NCBI GenBank assembly: GCA_045837725.1
Contig: JBEWZL010000145.1
Coordinates: 62,001 to 126,000, forward strand
Source: Vermamoeba vermiformis
Lineage: Eukaryota
DNA length: 64,000 nucleotides
Reading direction: 5' to 3'
Shown: positions 35,901 through 50,311 of the stretch, piece after piece
Numbering within the stretch: the stretch's first letter is position 1
Layout: every line of letters starts with the position of its first letter
Translations under genes and position numbers: made by a program
The notes under the pieces: model-generated
What the model was told of the DNA's origin: nothing
The model's input: only the letters and a program-made list of their open reading frames with translations
The model's database searches: none

Positions 35901-36340
35901 AGGACTTCAGGAGGAGCTTTCTCGAATGCAGTTCGGCATTGGAAATATATACACTGCATAAATACGTCCCAATCTTTAAGGACTTCATCTTTCGTCAAAC
36001 TAGAAACCAAAAACTCCTTTTGGGCATCCAACGGCAATTTCTGTGTGAAAATTACAAAAAATTAATTGTTGTACGTTAATGAGTAATACTGATGTACTCT
36101 AATCGGTAATTAATTAATTGACCAATTCAAGTGTGATACAAGCTGTCAATATAACTTGGGAAATTAAAATCGATTAAAAAATAAATATTATTTACGAGAG
36201 TCTTTATCGATGATAGTAAGTTATTTAATTATTATGAGCAAGAATTGTACCAAACTTACCCTTAAAGGACTATTTGGATCCTCATCCGCGAACTGTGGGG
36301 TTGCCGGGGCGCTTTCTTTACGTTTCTTAAATAAGCTCAT
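32976..36340 (-). CDS. STE20/PAK-family Ser/Thr protein kinase with long low-complexity N-terminal region
   Basis: VAIK, VMEYCDGGTL, IHRDLKSDNILL, DLG, GSRFWLAPE, EMADGRPP. Confidence 0.9.
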
Positions 36341-36560
36341 TTTCAACAATAGTTACGTCTCTAATAAAAAGTATATTAAAGTACGCTCTATTGCTGTGCA
36401 TTAAAGTGATCACAAATTCAAATTGAATCGGAACAACCTCGTTACAAAACTCCTGCCCACTCGGCAGCAACATTCGGAACTGGGCAGCAAACTTTACCGT
36501 TATTTGTTGACGTCTGCATTTTATCTCATTTGTTTTGGATCCATGTAATATATATTAGTT

Positions 36561-39500
36561 ATGCTAGCTCGATTTTTCTCGTCCAAGGCCAATTCTACGA
36601 TTGTTGCAGTTGGAGTTGTCTTCCATCTGGTGTACTTCGTCAGCATTGTAGATATCTACTTTAGAACGCCTTTAGTACATGGTGTCGAGCCTATTCCATT
36701 CCCTGGCACGCCTCCTGCTAAGCGATTAGTGCTATTTGTTGGTAACTAGATTTTTTGAAATAATCAAAAAAAATATCTAACAAACCACTACAATTATTAA
36801 ATAATAAGACGCTTATTCGTAAGCACCAATACATATAATAGAATAATTTTAACTTATTGCCGAATTTTTCTAGCTGATGGACTTCGTGCTGACAAATTGT
36901 TTGAACAACAATCTGGCACGCCATTTCTGCGAGAAATAATCGAAACAAAAGGCTCATGGGGTGTTAGTCATACAAGGTAATAATATAATATGGTATTAAT
37001 CTTGATCTAACCCGTGATCTAAGAGTACCTACGGAATCTCGTCCGGGCCATGTCGCAATGATAGCTGGATTTTACGAAGATGTTAGCGCCGTTACGAAAG
37101 GTATGATAATTCTTACAAAATACAATAGCGTCTTGTATTTAAACCGGTCGTGTGTAGGTTGGAAGGAGAATCCGGTTGAGTTTGACTCTGTATTCAACAG
37201 AACTCAATACACGTGGTCCTGGGGCAGTCCCGATATCTTACCTATATTTGCTAAGGACGTGGATCATATTTATATGGACATGTACGAAGGACACAGCGAG
37301 GACTTTTCGAAGGGTAAAACTTTGCAAGAATTTTATTCGTTCAGTGAAACTCACTAAGGCAATCTTAATCGCAAAACGATAGCGGAGTTAAGTGAGAATA
37401 ATATGCTAATGGATTCTATCTTATATAGACGCTACCAAGCTAGACACATGGGTGTTCGACAAGGTCCAAGCGTTCTTAGCCAACGCCAAGCAAAACAAAC
37501 AACTCTACAACAAACTGCAGTCCGAGAAGATTGTGTTTTTCTTGCACTTACTTGGCATCGATACTACTGGCCACGCTAAACGTCCTTACTCCAAAGAGTA
37601 CGTTTGGTTTCAGACTAGATCCCGTCTAATTGCTAATGGTACTAATACTTTTACTTTATTATAGATATATCGATAATATTAAGGTTGTGGATCGAGGTGT
37701 GCACAAGATCTACGATTTGATCGAAGATTTTTATCCAGATAGATCCACAGCTTATATATTCACTGCTGATCATGGCATGAGCGATAAAGGTACCTAATTG
37801 ATTAAATACAGAGCAAATTAACGTGAAGCACAAACAGACATATATTCTATTGATATTTTTTGTGCCTTTCGGTGAACGCAATTTTGCGAATGTGAGTTGT
37901 AGATGGAAAATTAATCCGTTCATGAAACAGGCAATCACGGTGACGGCGAGACAGCCAATACTGAAACACCATTGATCGCGTGGGGTGCGGGCATTAACAA
38001 GCCACAGTTTGAAGAGTCAGTTCAAGGCAATGGAATTAGCCCGCCTTCATGGCGCGTCAGTCATTTAAAAAGATTTGACGTCGAACAAGCTGACATTGCG
38101 CCCTTAATGGTACGTATAATATATTACTAAAAATATCTATTCAATCGTTATACTTTACTTAATTTTCGGTTTTGACACGCGTGTCAAAAAATGTCACACT
38201 TAATTAACGCGAATTAAATTCCGATTGATTACGGTTGATATTAATAAGCTATTTTAGGCTACTTTAATAGGCGCTAGTATTCCTATCAACTCAATCGGTG
38301 TTTTGCCGTTGGATTTTATTAATGAAACGGATGCGTTCAAAGCGGAAGTGTTGTTCACGAATGCCAAAGAAATTGGAGCTCAATACACGAAAAAATCAGA
38401 TCTGAAACAAAAGAACACGTTATTTTTCAAGCCTTTTGAGCCGTTGAGATCCATTGAACAAAGTTACGATGAAATTTCACGCAACATAAAACTCGGCAAA
38501 TATCAACAAGCCGAAGAGCAGTCGTTGACTTTGATTCGATTGTGCCTCAAAGGACTTCATTACTTGCAAGTGTAAGTTTGACACGAACCACCATTGTTTT
38601 GACACGTGTCATAGTCCGAGCTCTAACCACCTTTCATCCAACAGATATGATTGGCCCTTCTTAATGTCAAGTGTATTTGCCGGCTATGTCGCGTGGATCA
38701 TTCATTTGTTGTTATTAGTGCTCAACAAATCACACCACGAAGAAGAAAAGTTGAAGCATCTCAAGGAAAAACACACGAGCGTACGTCCCGCGACGACTTT
38801 CCTTATATGGTAATATGAATCTAATGGACTCTATGACAGGTCTATGTCGTGAGTGCGTTCTTCACGGTGGCTATGTTCACGTACTTGGCGATGCAATGGT
38901 CGCCTATTCAATACTACTTATACGTCGGCTTTGCAATCTACTACTGGACCAACATTCTGAAACAACTCAACGATACTCGCAGAACTGTGAACAAGATGGG
39001 CATTAGCACATTCACAACGATTCTTTACGTCGTTGTTTTTGTAGCAGCTCTTGAAATATTCGTACGTCACCCTACAACTTCACACCATTTTTTATATGAA
39101 TGGTATAATTAGAGATATATTCTTATACGACGTGTTTGTAATAGGTCTTGGGCTTCATCTACCGCTCCATCTACGCACTTGTCTTTGCCATTCTAGCTGT
39201 GTGGGGTCTCGTACAATCATCGCTCAGCATGACCATCAAAGCTGTGTGGTGCTTGTTGTGCGGTTGCATGGCCATTTATCCTCTGTTGCCTGTCAACATT
39301 GGCAGTTCCATTGGCTTAGTGTAAGTGTCACGTGTCTAATTTAAGCATCAGAATCACTACCAAATATAGTAATTTCGGGTACTAACGTGTAATCTTAGGA
39401 CTACTGGCGGTGCTTTAATAACACTCATGGGCATATTCTCGACATCCAAGGACTTGAAAATGTTCTTTGCAAGCGGTACTCTCGGATCTGATCCGAGCAT

Positions 39501-40540
39501 TATTTCACCCGTACCCAAGTCTGCCAAACACATCTTCCAGGTACTAATGTTATCAACTATAAATTAACTCATTACTAACGTATTGTGCAGATCATTTGTG
39601 CTTTAGCTGCTACTGTCATGACGTACACGACCGATGTCAGTTTGCAACAGAACTACGGTCTGCCGCTCATCAATCAGTACGGCAGTTGGGCAGTGTTAAT
39701 CGTGTCTATCGCCATGGCACTCTATTCTGAGTCCAATCTCTTTGACCTCTTGTTCACTTTGTTCTTGTGTCTCGGCACGCCTTATGTCATGTTCAGTGTC
39801 TCGTAAGTCACAAAACAGCATTGTATCAGCTATATTTAAGTTATTGATACCATTTTGTGCAGTTATGAAGCGCTATTTTTCGTTACATTTGCAGTGCTGC
39901 TGTTCGTGTGGCTCATCGTCGAGAAGCAACTTTTCGTGTCACGTGCTCAACGCACTGGTGAGTCTCACTCGTCATTGGCCGATGAAGCTCGTATAGCCCT
40001 CTTCTACGTAAGTAATCGATGCTATTCGATCCTATAGCTTCATATACATTAGAGCTCTAGTGTCGACAAATGTCACTCAGACAATGATTTACAAGTTCGA
40101 TTCTAACAATGTATTTTTAGCTATTTTTCTGTTACATGGCGTTCTTTGGCACAGGCAACATCGCCAGCATTAGCAGCTTCGAAATTTCATCGACGTACAG
40201 ATTCGTCACGATTTTCAGGCCGTTCTTGATGACAGGTCTGTTGCTGCTCAAACTGCTCATTCCATTCGCACTCGTAGCAGGCGTGTTTGGCTCAATGAGT
40301 CGCATGCGCAACAGCAACGTGTCAAATATGTTTTATTTCGTGCTGGCATTCAGTGACGTGATGACACTCAACTTCTTTTTCTTGGTCAAAGACGAGGGTA
40401 GTTGGTTAGAGATTGGCACGAGCATCAGTCAATTTGCATTAACCAACTTGTTTATTATCATGCAACTCATACTATTTGCAATTTCACACCTCTTGCTGAG
40501 AAGGTTGAAGTTCGCTGCAGATCCAAATAAACGGGACTAA
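36561..40540 (+). CDS. PIGN: GPI ethanolamine phosphate transferase 1 (PIG-N/Mcd4)
   Basis: [84 protein letters not shown]. Confidence 0.95.
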
Positions 40541-40589
40541 AATTCAAAATTTATTTTATTAAGTCCCTAAACACTAAGCAGCACCAACT

Positions 40590-41677
40590 ATGACTAGTAT
40601 AGATTTTAAAAGGCTTATGCAAGAAGCTAAAGCTCAAGCATTAGCTGGCAAAGCGGATGTATCAAAAAAGCAAGACGATGAAGAAGCTTACCCACAGATT
40701 TTAACGACGAAAAATAATGAAAAAAAATCAATTACAGATATTAACAAATATGCAAAGATTATTAGCCCCGTATCGAGCTTCAAATTAACAGAACAATTTC
40801 AAGTTGGCAAAGAAAAAATTTCAAAAGTGTCATATATTCCAAACTATGTCACAGAACAAGAGGAAAAAGATTTATTAGAATGCGTAAGTATATTAACAAT
40901 TTTTAAAAATTATTTGAATTGTTTTTGAACGATTCCAATTTTTAGATCTATTCCTATAACGACCAATGGGTCCAATTAAAGAAAAGAAGGTTACAAAACT
41001 GGGGTAACTATTAGATTTCACATTATAACTTCGCTTTTAATCAGCCTGATCTATTTTTTAAGGTGGATCTGTTACCGCAAAAGGACTTGAACCAGACGAG
41101 CTACCGCCTTGGTTTAACGATATGGGTTCTAAATTAATCTGCAGCGATGTATTTACCGAAGAATATAGGCCAAATCATCTGCTCATCAATGAATACATTT
41201 TGGATCAAGGCATTATGGTACGATAACTCCGTCTTAAATAAGTATCAATATTAATTATGTCATTAGCCACATAAGGACGGTCCTGCTTATTATCCACAAG
41301 TCGCTATATTATCACTAAAAGGAACTGGTACGAAGATCAACAATTTTCGTTGATCGATCTTGATTACTTAAATATTTTTGCAGTTAAGATTGAGTTCGTT
41401 AAGTCCCCCGGTGATAAGGTACCTGTAGCATCACTTATACTCGAGCCAAGGTCACTTTTTGTATTCTCAGACGACGCGTACCAGATTTACTTCCACGTAA
41501 TCCGAGAGTCTCGCGTAGAAGTCGTAAGTAACAGCTATTAGTATATATATGTAAGTACTAATATTATAATAGATTGATGATAAAGTAGTCAATTCAGAGC
41601 TGCCCCCAGGCACTGAAATTCCGCGAACGGAACGGATCTCACTAACTATTCGTCATGTACCGCTAGCTCCCAAATAA
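40590..41677 (+). CDS. ALKBH6: AlkB homolog 6-like Fe(II)/2-oxoglutarate dioxygenase
   Basis: YIPNYVTEQEE, WVQLKKRRLQNWG, PNHLLINEY..QGIMPHKDGPAYYP, LEPRSL, RISLTIRHV. Confidence 0.85.
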
Positions 41678-41924
41678 AACTCCTTCATATGCAATGATTA
41701 ATAATTCTCACTGCTGATATGAAAGTGCCCCAGGACAATAAGAAAAACAAGCAAATTCGAGCCTAACAACTAAGTGGATCTCACCGAACAAAAAAAATAT
41801 GAAGCGAAAATCAGTGTTGGAACTTACTTGTAAGACCTTAGGATGTCGAATATTAACCACCACTTAATGATATTGTGCATATTGATTTTTGAGTATTAAT
41901 ACGCTGCGTACGAGATCTTGAAGT

Positions 41925-43119
41925 CTAAAACGTCTTTGGTTTTAATTCTAAAGTCGCGTTATCTTTAACAGGTTTTTTCTTCGTTGGTGTTTTGCGCTCG
42001 GTATTTTCTTGATTAAGATGTAAGGTTTTCTTTGGAGGCATTGTAGGCTCAGATGCGCTTAAAGCTTCATTCCTCGTCATAGCATTCGTTTCTTCTTTCT
42101 TAGTATTATCTACAATATTACCGCTCTTATCCAAAGGCGTTGAGGAGCCACTTTCGTGTCCGTTTTGTTTTTCTTCGGCGGATTGAGTCACGACCACTGC
42201 AGCCGCGGGAAACTCGCCACTTTGCGCAGGAGTTCGTTCTCTTGGCGTCCTACTCTTTTCAGGGGTACTTGTAACCTCTGTCGATGAGGTTGATTGCGCT
42301 GCGGAGTTTCCAGTTGATAAAGATCTCGGATTGGGGATCGGTTCTCGTCTTAATAATTATCGAGAGCATTAGATCATATGTATATTTATACTATGACTCG
42401 TAGTGTATTCAATGATAAGCTTACTTTTCTATTGAGTCGCAGACTTGCAGCGAGTAAACGACCAAATCACGCAGTGATTGAAAAGAATTAATATCGTGAT
42501 AAGAGCGCACTGTTGAGATAGTCTGATCCATATCATATGATATATCGTCTTGTAATTGAGAATGCTTCTTTAGCTCTTTCTGTTCGTCAATTCAACGAGT
42601 CAGATCCGATCGAGAAAAATCTTACGAAATTGTTGGCTTACCTTGATTTGAACCATTTTATGTACACTTCGATGAACATGGCTATTTACATGATGAATGC
42701 CTACACTAGGCTCGTTTGAGAGATAATTTAAATAATCTGCGGCTCGTCTGTTGGCTTAAAATAAAAAATCAATTAATAATTGAAAATCTATGGTGAAGCT
42801 ACGTCCATAATCGGTTCATATGGACCATATAATAATTTATGTAACTAAAATAATTCTTAAAATATCAATAATAAAGTATCTTACCGTTTTTCGCGCGATC
42901 TGTCGTATCTGAATCCAAATAATAAATACTTCGTTTGCCAGTCTTGCTAGGCGTTGAAGGATTTGATGCTGAGACTTCATTAAGCACTTGTTCTACATTA
43001 GTATCGCCTTCTTTGATACTTGCAACTCTCGGCCTTTTTTGCGGAGATTTGATTGGACTTTTCTCAGCGACTGGCTCGACCACTAATGGTACGCCATATG
43101 TGAACGATTGTAAGGACAT
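41925..43119 (-). CDS. Uncharacterised low-complexity S/T/P/K-rich protein
   Basis: ORFs 42865-43119 and 41925-42350 plus small exons flanked by GT-AG sites; no recognisable domain. Confidence 0.55.
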
Positions 43120-43272
43120 AGTCGTGGTGATGACTCAATAGCGATAATCATAAGAAAAAACTTGAATTTTCGCTAATTGGTGACGTGGGACAAAAATTGA
43201 CCAAGACAAAGTTTCGTCATCATTCCACGGCACCCACTGTACAATACCACAACTAAGCTCTATATATTAAAT

Positions 43273-44652
43273 ATGTCTACGGCAAATAATCGAATGTTCT
43301 GGTGCCACGAGTGCGGATCGCAGGTTAAACCGCATGCGAACAGCATCTCTTGTCCTAGCTGTGGTGGAGAGTTCTTGGAGGAAATTACCGAGGATACTAT
43401 GCAAACAGATGACACTAATGTACCTCCTGTTAATAATCAACCTCAACAACCGACTCAAGCGCCGTTTGTCGATCCGATCCAACAACTTGTAAATAATCTA
43501 TTTAATTCTTTTGGAGTTCAACCCCCTCCCATGCCTCAACGACAAAATCAACCCAACGTGCAGCAGCAATTTGTGTTCCAACAGCCGGTTCAAATTCACT
43601 TCCAGCACGGATTTCACGGTGCAAATCCGTTCGCGCAGCCGCAAAATCGAAATCAAGGTGTAAATAATGGTCCGCAACCTCTCAATCCCTTTATGGGGTA
43701 AGTAGGACTATGCACCTTAATTTTCTGATATTAATGTTGATTTTCAGGCTATTTCAACAAATGCTCGGCATCCAAGGAAATATTGGAGATTATGCGTTTG
43801 GCAATATTGATAACCTCTTAAACACATTATTCCAGAATCAAAAACCGTAAGTGTTGTGTATTTAAGCGATTTGTAATCATAGAAAGAAAATTCGGAAATA
43901 TTTTCGTTGGATGGACGAATTAATTGCTGGCAGTTGAAAAAAAATTCGTGCCACGATTAACTAAGATTAATAATGTTTTATAATGCCACTTTCATACCCT
44001 TCTCAAATTCTTATAATTTGACGGTAAATTAACTTTTTTTTTCCGTTTTTTAGATCGACGCATGCCGCGAGCAAACGAATTGTCGATGACTTGGATGTAA
44101 TTACTATTGAACAATCTGATGTTGGTAAGGAACAATCAAAGTTACATTCCCTTTATTACGCTACATCCAGATTCGGTGACTCATTCTTATTTTCTTAAAC
44201 CAGATAAAAAATTAGAATGCGCTATTTGTAAAGATGAATATGCATTAGAAGACAAAGTCAAAGTACTGCCTTGCAACCATTTATTCCACGGCCAATGCAT
44301 TGACAAGTGGCTTGAAAATGTAAGTCTTGACCGAATCTGCTACAAATTGAAATTTAATTTGATATTGATCATTTGCGTATTTTTATAGAGCAATGTATGC
44401 CCTATTTGCCGCTACGAATTCGAAACAGACGATCCTGAATACGATCAGATGCGTAAAGAACGAAGAGCGCAAATGACTTCAAGCTCAAACAGCACTCCTA
44501 ATACTACCAATGCCACTAATAATACGAGCACAAATCAACCGAATGCTGAACAGAATAATGGCACGAACACTAGCGACAACAACTCGAATAATAATCAAAA
44601 TAATCGACCGAGTTCTGGTGGATCGAGCGCGAATTTGAGCTACTTCTCATAA
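43273..44652 (+). CDS. RNF126/RNF115-like RING-H2 E3 ubiquitin ligase
   Basis: N-terminal FWCHEC..CPSCGGEFLEE zinc ribbon, GNIGDYAFG, ECAICKDEY..LPCNHLFHGQCIDKWL..CPICRYE. Confidence 0.9.
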
Positions 44653-45432
44653 GCTCAGAAATAGCGTATTATGATATTCAATCGTGTATTCATAGCACAC
44701 CATATCACCATTCGTACATATATCACCATATGAACCACTGTAAAGAACCCTTTTTTTGAAGATCCAAATCCAGCCTATCAACCCAACCACTACGAACCAA
44801 CCCTATCAACCTGTTATTATTATGCACCATATCGATACTGAACCTCGGTACGTTCTGAAAAAGAAGACTATGTTTGTATTATGCTATACTATTTAATTGT
44901 ACAACAACCTCGATGAATAACAATCAATTTTGTTGCGAAATAAATCCAAAGAAGCGAACTCTGTTCAGTTTAAAAGAACAATAACTCGTTTATTAGATCG
45001 TTTGTGGACTCTCAGATCCAATAGCAGAATTCCCGAAAACGAATCCAAGCGTGTACGAGGAGCGAGGAAAAGTTGGAAAGGTAGCAATAAGTCATTAAAA
45101 CGTTTTAATGGCCTTACAATACAGTATAAATAGGCACGAGAAGATAGCATTTATCCGGAAATGGTCTCTAACTACGACGGAAAGTCCTATAACAAATAGG
45201 TATCTTTATTACTTCATGTGAACTCGTCACTCTGCGCTAGTGTCGAAAATATCCAAAAACAAGCTTCATAAAATTCATGTCCTTTTAACAATTGGTAAAT
45301 CTCGGGTAATATACTGGCAAAAAGAAAGCACAAAAATCTTGAAAATGCACGCGTCCGGCTATTTATTGTTGAATTCAGTTCAGTTCTAAGGACCACAACC
45401 ACAACCACATATCGTCGTTACAAACACGAGCA

Positions 45433-46313
45433 ATGGAAACTATCGATGTTCTTTTCGTTGGTGGTAAGTCGGAGGTTTTTGATCTTTGAATTAAAATTAA
45501 GAACAAATATTAAGTTTATATGTCGCAGAGAATGAGCACCTCGTTATCGAGCGATTTATTGGCAGAGCTTTAACGATCGAAGAAATTGGATCTATCAAAC
45601 CTGAAGCATTCCAATCGGTATGCAGTAGTTAAACATCGGAAAAATATTTAGTAAGTCCTAAATTCTTCTTTTAGGCAGTAAATGGCATTCAGTACCGTTT
45701 GGTCAAGATTCCCCGAGGGTGGTCAGTGCATCCAAATAAAAAAATTGATCAATTCTTCGACACTTGCTCGTGCGCTGCTTTCGTCATTAATTTATGCACT
45801 TGTAAGTATATTTAAAATCAATAGATACCTAATTGAACGTACTAAGTCTCAATGAATGAAGGTAATCAACCGAGTGTACTTGATCCGACTAAAAATCAAA
45901 TCACAATGGCTTTCGATACCATTAACAAGTTTGCAAGTCTCGATTTTATGGCGAACATGGCATTTTGCGTCATTTTTCTAACACCAAACAATCTGGATTC
46001 ACTCGTTGAAAATTCAGCTTTGGCTCCGTACACAGACGACGCGGTTAGTAAGTATCGATGGAAAAATTGTATATAATAATCAGATATATTCATACCTGAT
46101 TACTCAAGGTATTAATTACTTTTTTAAGCAGATGGGCAAGCAGCGATGCAAAAGCTATGCTCCTACGCCAAAGAGCTGATCAAAACTAGCTCAAAGAATA
46201 CAATTTACACGCATATCATTCAATGCGAACCAAACAACGTGAGAAATTTGCTGGTTGCCGGGCTCAAAGACATTATCCTCGAAAAAGCCCTTGGTCTGAT
46301 GAAGAACGACTGA
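45433..46313 (+). CDS. Degenerate G-alpha-like mini-protein (probable pseudo-GTPase)
   Basis: Five in-frame exons. The C-terminal half follows the G-alpha pattern (FFD..AAFVINL..NQ..LDPTKNQI..IYTHI..NVR..LKDIIL) but G1/G3/G4 boxes are missing. Confidence 0.6.
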
Positions 46314-46428
46314 ACTATAGCTCTATTATTTAATAATAAATCATTCGCTAATAGCCATATTATTCCTTCCATGTTGACATTTGTACCTGTCAGGAAACAA
46401 TAATTTTTAGTATTTTTGGACATCCAAC

Positions 46429-48707
46429 ATGGCGACCTCAAGAGGTCGGTAAAACGAACCTATGTTTCATTGATAAATCATTGTTTATAGTAATAATGTA
46501 TCTTGATATTCGATGCTTGATAATGGCCAAAATGCAGATCTGACTTTTCGTTTGACAGTGCTGAAGAGCTTGTACCCATATTTTTTGGGAAGAAAACAAG
46601 TCGTAGATAAGACGAGAACTATTAAAGTCTTAAACAAATACACCGGACAGGTATTGCAATTTAATTATTTAATTTTTTGATTTATTTTCGGAATTATTTT
46701 TTAAACACACCAATGTTTTATTTACAATCTTCTATGCGTGTAAAATCACCTAAAAATTACGTACAGGTTGCTACTGAAGTTAGCTGCCCTACTCCCTCTG
46801 TCATTAAAGAAGCTTTCTCAAACGCCGCCAAATCCGCTCCTGCCTTGAAAGTAAGTATTCCGTAACGTATACGAACGTATTTATTCACATAAATAGGCTT
46901 TGCCAAATTTTCAACGCAAAGAAATTTTGCTATCACTCGCCCAACAAATCCAAGAGCGAAGAGAAGAACTCGTTCATGTGCTGGCCATTGAAGCAGGCAA
47001 ACCTATTAAAGACGCCCGTGCTGAAGTAGACGTACGTACTATAGCCTTAATATCATATTCATTGCAGTATTTCTGATGCACGTGACCAGCGAGCCTATGA
47101 CACTGCCACGATCTCGGCCGAAGAAGCCGTGCGCATTGGCGGCGAATACTTCCCTCTTGATATCTCCAAGCGCAACTTAGGTACCTACTATTGATTATGA
47201 TCCATAACGGTAATAGAGCACGCTGTTACTAATCGCTGCAATGTCCTCAAGGTTACTCCGCGATCACTTCTCGATTCCCGGTTGGAGTTGTTTCAATGAT
47301 CGTGCCATTCAACTTCCCCGTCAATTTGGCTGTAAGTGGTGATATTTCAAGTCATTACAATAGTATTAAAACGAGCCTTAGATGCACAAAATTGGTCCCG
47401 CCATTGCCGCCGGATGTCCCTTCGTTTTGAAGCCCTCAGATAGAACTCCAGTTAGTAAGTGACTCATAGCTATGTCAGTAGTGCTTGTTATTAACAGTAC
47501 AATATAGGTTCTGCTATTCTCGGTGAAATGTTGAGCAACACTTCATTGCCCGAAGGCTCGTTCTCCATTCTTCCCACTCTTCACGAAGACGCGCACCACT
47601 TCAGTACTGACGACAAGATCAAGTTGATTTCATTCACTGGATCTGTCGGCGTTGGTTGGAAAGTTAAACAAACTGCTGAAAAGAAGAAAGTCGTAAGTAC
47701 AGTCTTGGCTCGTATGGATCTTTAACCAGCCACTAATTTTTCAATATTAAGCTCCTTGAACTCGGTGGCAATGCCGCCTGCATCGTCGATAAAGACGCAG
47801 ATATTACACGTGTTGTTGACAGATTGACATTTGGTGCTTTCTATTACTCCGGTCAAAGCTGCATTTCCGTGCAAAGAATTTACATTCACGAAGATATTTA
47901 TGATGTACGTATCCCTGTTATATGATACCAGTATCAGTGCTCACTCGTTATACAGCAAGTCGTTCCTAAGCTCGTAAATGGCGCCAAGGGTTTGAAGATG
48001 GGAGATCCTCTCGATGAAAACACATTCATTGGCCCCGTCATCTCGGAGAATGACGCTATTGTAAGTATTTACCGCGACACCAACTGCTTTTTGTAGCTTT
48101 CTCCGTCGCCTAATATCGCCACTACAGAGATTGGAAAAGTGGACTCAAAACGCTGTTGCTGGAGGAGCCAAGCTGCTTACTGGTGGCAAGAGACACAACT
48201 ACATCTTCGGTAAGCACTTAGCCTTATTATTGCTACTCGGGTGATTCACAATTCGATTCAATTTCGCTGACCTAGTATCTTAGAGCCCACGATTGTCGAG
48301 GATGTACACCACACCTGCGAGCTCTCCTGCCGTGAAGCCTTTGGGTAAGCATTCATACCGACGAGACCTACACGAAGATATTCATTGCTAATATATTAAT
48401 TGCTGTCAGTCCTGTGTGTACCGTTGAAAAGTTCAAAGATTTCAAGGCTGTGATCGAGAAGGTGAACAGCTCCGACTACGGCCTCCAAGCAGGTCTCTTT
48501 ACCAAGGACATCCACAAGATCTTCTATGCTTACAACCATCTCGACGTTGGTGGTGTAGTCGTTAACGATATCCCTTCAGCACGCGTGGATTCGATGCCTT
48601 ACGGAGGTATCAAGGACAGCGGACTCGGTCGCGAAGGAGTGAAGTACGCCATTGAAGAGATGACTGAAATGAAGACGTTGTTAATGAAGGATATTGATAA
48701 GATGTAA
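46429..48707 (+). CDS. Aldehyde dehydrogenase (ALDH family 21-like)
   Basis: EAGKPIKDA, PFNFPVNL, ISFTGS, LELGGNA, GQSCISVQR, EAFGPV, YGLQAG, MPYGGIKDSGLGREG. Confidence 0.93.
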
Positions 48708-49102
48708 GCCTGTACGAGGTAAATTAAGTTGAAAAGTTTCGGAGGACGCGTTTGACCAAGGACAATTAGTTGGTGAGCATTAGAGCGTAATGTTCCACAT
48801 ATGGCGTCGTCGGATATCTTGGATCCACCAACCGCGTTCGTCTGATCGGAAAACCAAGGGAGTGTTCAATGAAATTCCGACAAACTTTCACCAAAAGGGG
48901 TAATTTCCGGGAGTTTCATGTAACCACGTGTCGCACGATTTTGCTGGACAGAATTTCAGTATTCAGTCATTCTTACCTACACAACAGCACGCGACTATCT
49001 ATTTAAAACAAAAATCAGTCGCCGTCAGTTCATTTTATTTATTTTTCGTTTCAGATACAGCCACACACATCCCAAGACTCATACTTAGTCAGCACTTAAA
49101 TT

Positions 49103-49946
49103 ATGGAGCAGAGAACTGATATTAATCCCTTCGACCCCGATTTTAGTCTCCAACAAAATATGGACATTACTTTCGATAATATTCTTGATGATTTTCCTCT
49201 GCCCAATCCTGCAGCCTCTTCGAATCAGGCACTCCCTCCTGCCCAACCAATTCTCACTACCCCGCATATTATTGAAGAAGTTAAAGAGGCACCACAGCCC
49301 AAGAAACGTGGCCGTAAGCCCGGATCTGGAAGAAAACCGGCGGCTGCTCCCGTTAAATCCGAGCCAATGGAAACAGATCAAGAACCAAAAGAGAAAAAAG
49401 CATGCAAGCCGAGAGTAGCAAAGGCTGCCCCGAAGAAGAAAGCTGCTAAGAAGCAAGATGAGGACTCCATTTTTGATGACGACTCAGATGAAGAAATGAA
49501 TGACGATGGAAATCTTGATGGTAAAGATGAGAAGACCAAGAAGTAAGTAGCACAATATTTTAGTGAATTAAATTTAAATTATTCAATTTGCACGAAAGTT
49601 CCGTTCAAAAATTTTCAATCCGACGGAGAAAAGGCGCAATTGACGGATGCTGACAAATTCCTTTAGGTTATTGAAAAACAGAGAAGCTGCGCAACAATTC
49701 CGACAGCGACAACGCGATCACATCGATGTGCTCGAAAAACAAGTCCAACAACTGATTGAACAACGAGCGCAATACAACACGCAAACAGATGCACTTTTGG
49801 CTGAAAACAAATTGGTCCGCAGTCAAGTTCAATATATGCGCGAGTTCCTATCGCAGGCCTTAGCATTTGCATTCTCTCAGAATGTTTCAAGGATGTATCC
49901 TATGGCCAACACCAATATCAAAACTGTCGATCCCGCGCAGAACTAG
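49103..49946 (+). CDS. bZIP transcription factor with AT-hook-like KKRGRKP motif
   Basis: LLKNREAAQQFRQRQR basic region followed by leucine heptads; two exons. Confidence 0.88.
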
Positions 49947-50311
49947 AAAGTTTTCTACCACTTTTTTCAATTTTGTAAATAACCGCGATGTAAAAACCAC
50001 TGTATTATAAATCATAGCGAAGGTTAAGTCCTTCGTTTCAACATTCACAAACAAATCTGTGTCCTTTAAAATATCTTCTTGCAAACACGCAGGTTTTAAG
50101 CTGAATTTCAGTTCACTGATTGATCCCACTCACTGAAATGTAAAGCAAGTCAGAATCGAGTAATATATACTATAATGCCTTCCCGCGATCAAGCTCAATT
50201 AGTAGCTCCATTTAAGGATATAGGCGTAGTCCAGCAAACTGGCGTGACTCTAACTCGAGATCTGCTCACAAAATCAAATAGACGCACAAAACACATATTT
50301 CTTTATTTGGT

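Noticed and set aside
44690-44815. Short C/A-rich repeats (ATATCACCAT, CCTATCAACC) after the RING gene
   Set aside because: Low-complexity 3' UTR-like sequence with no supportable structure.
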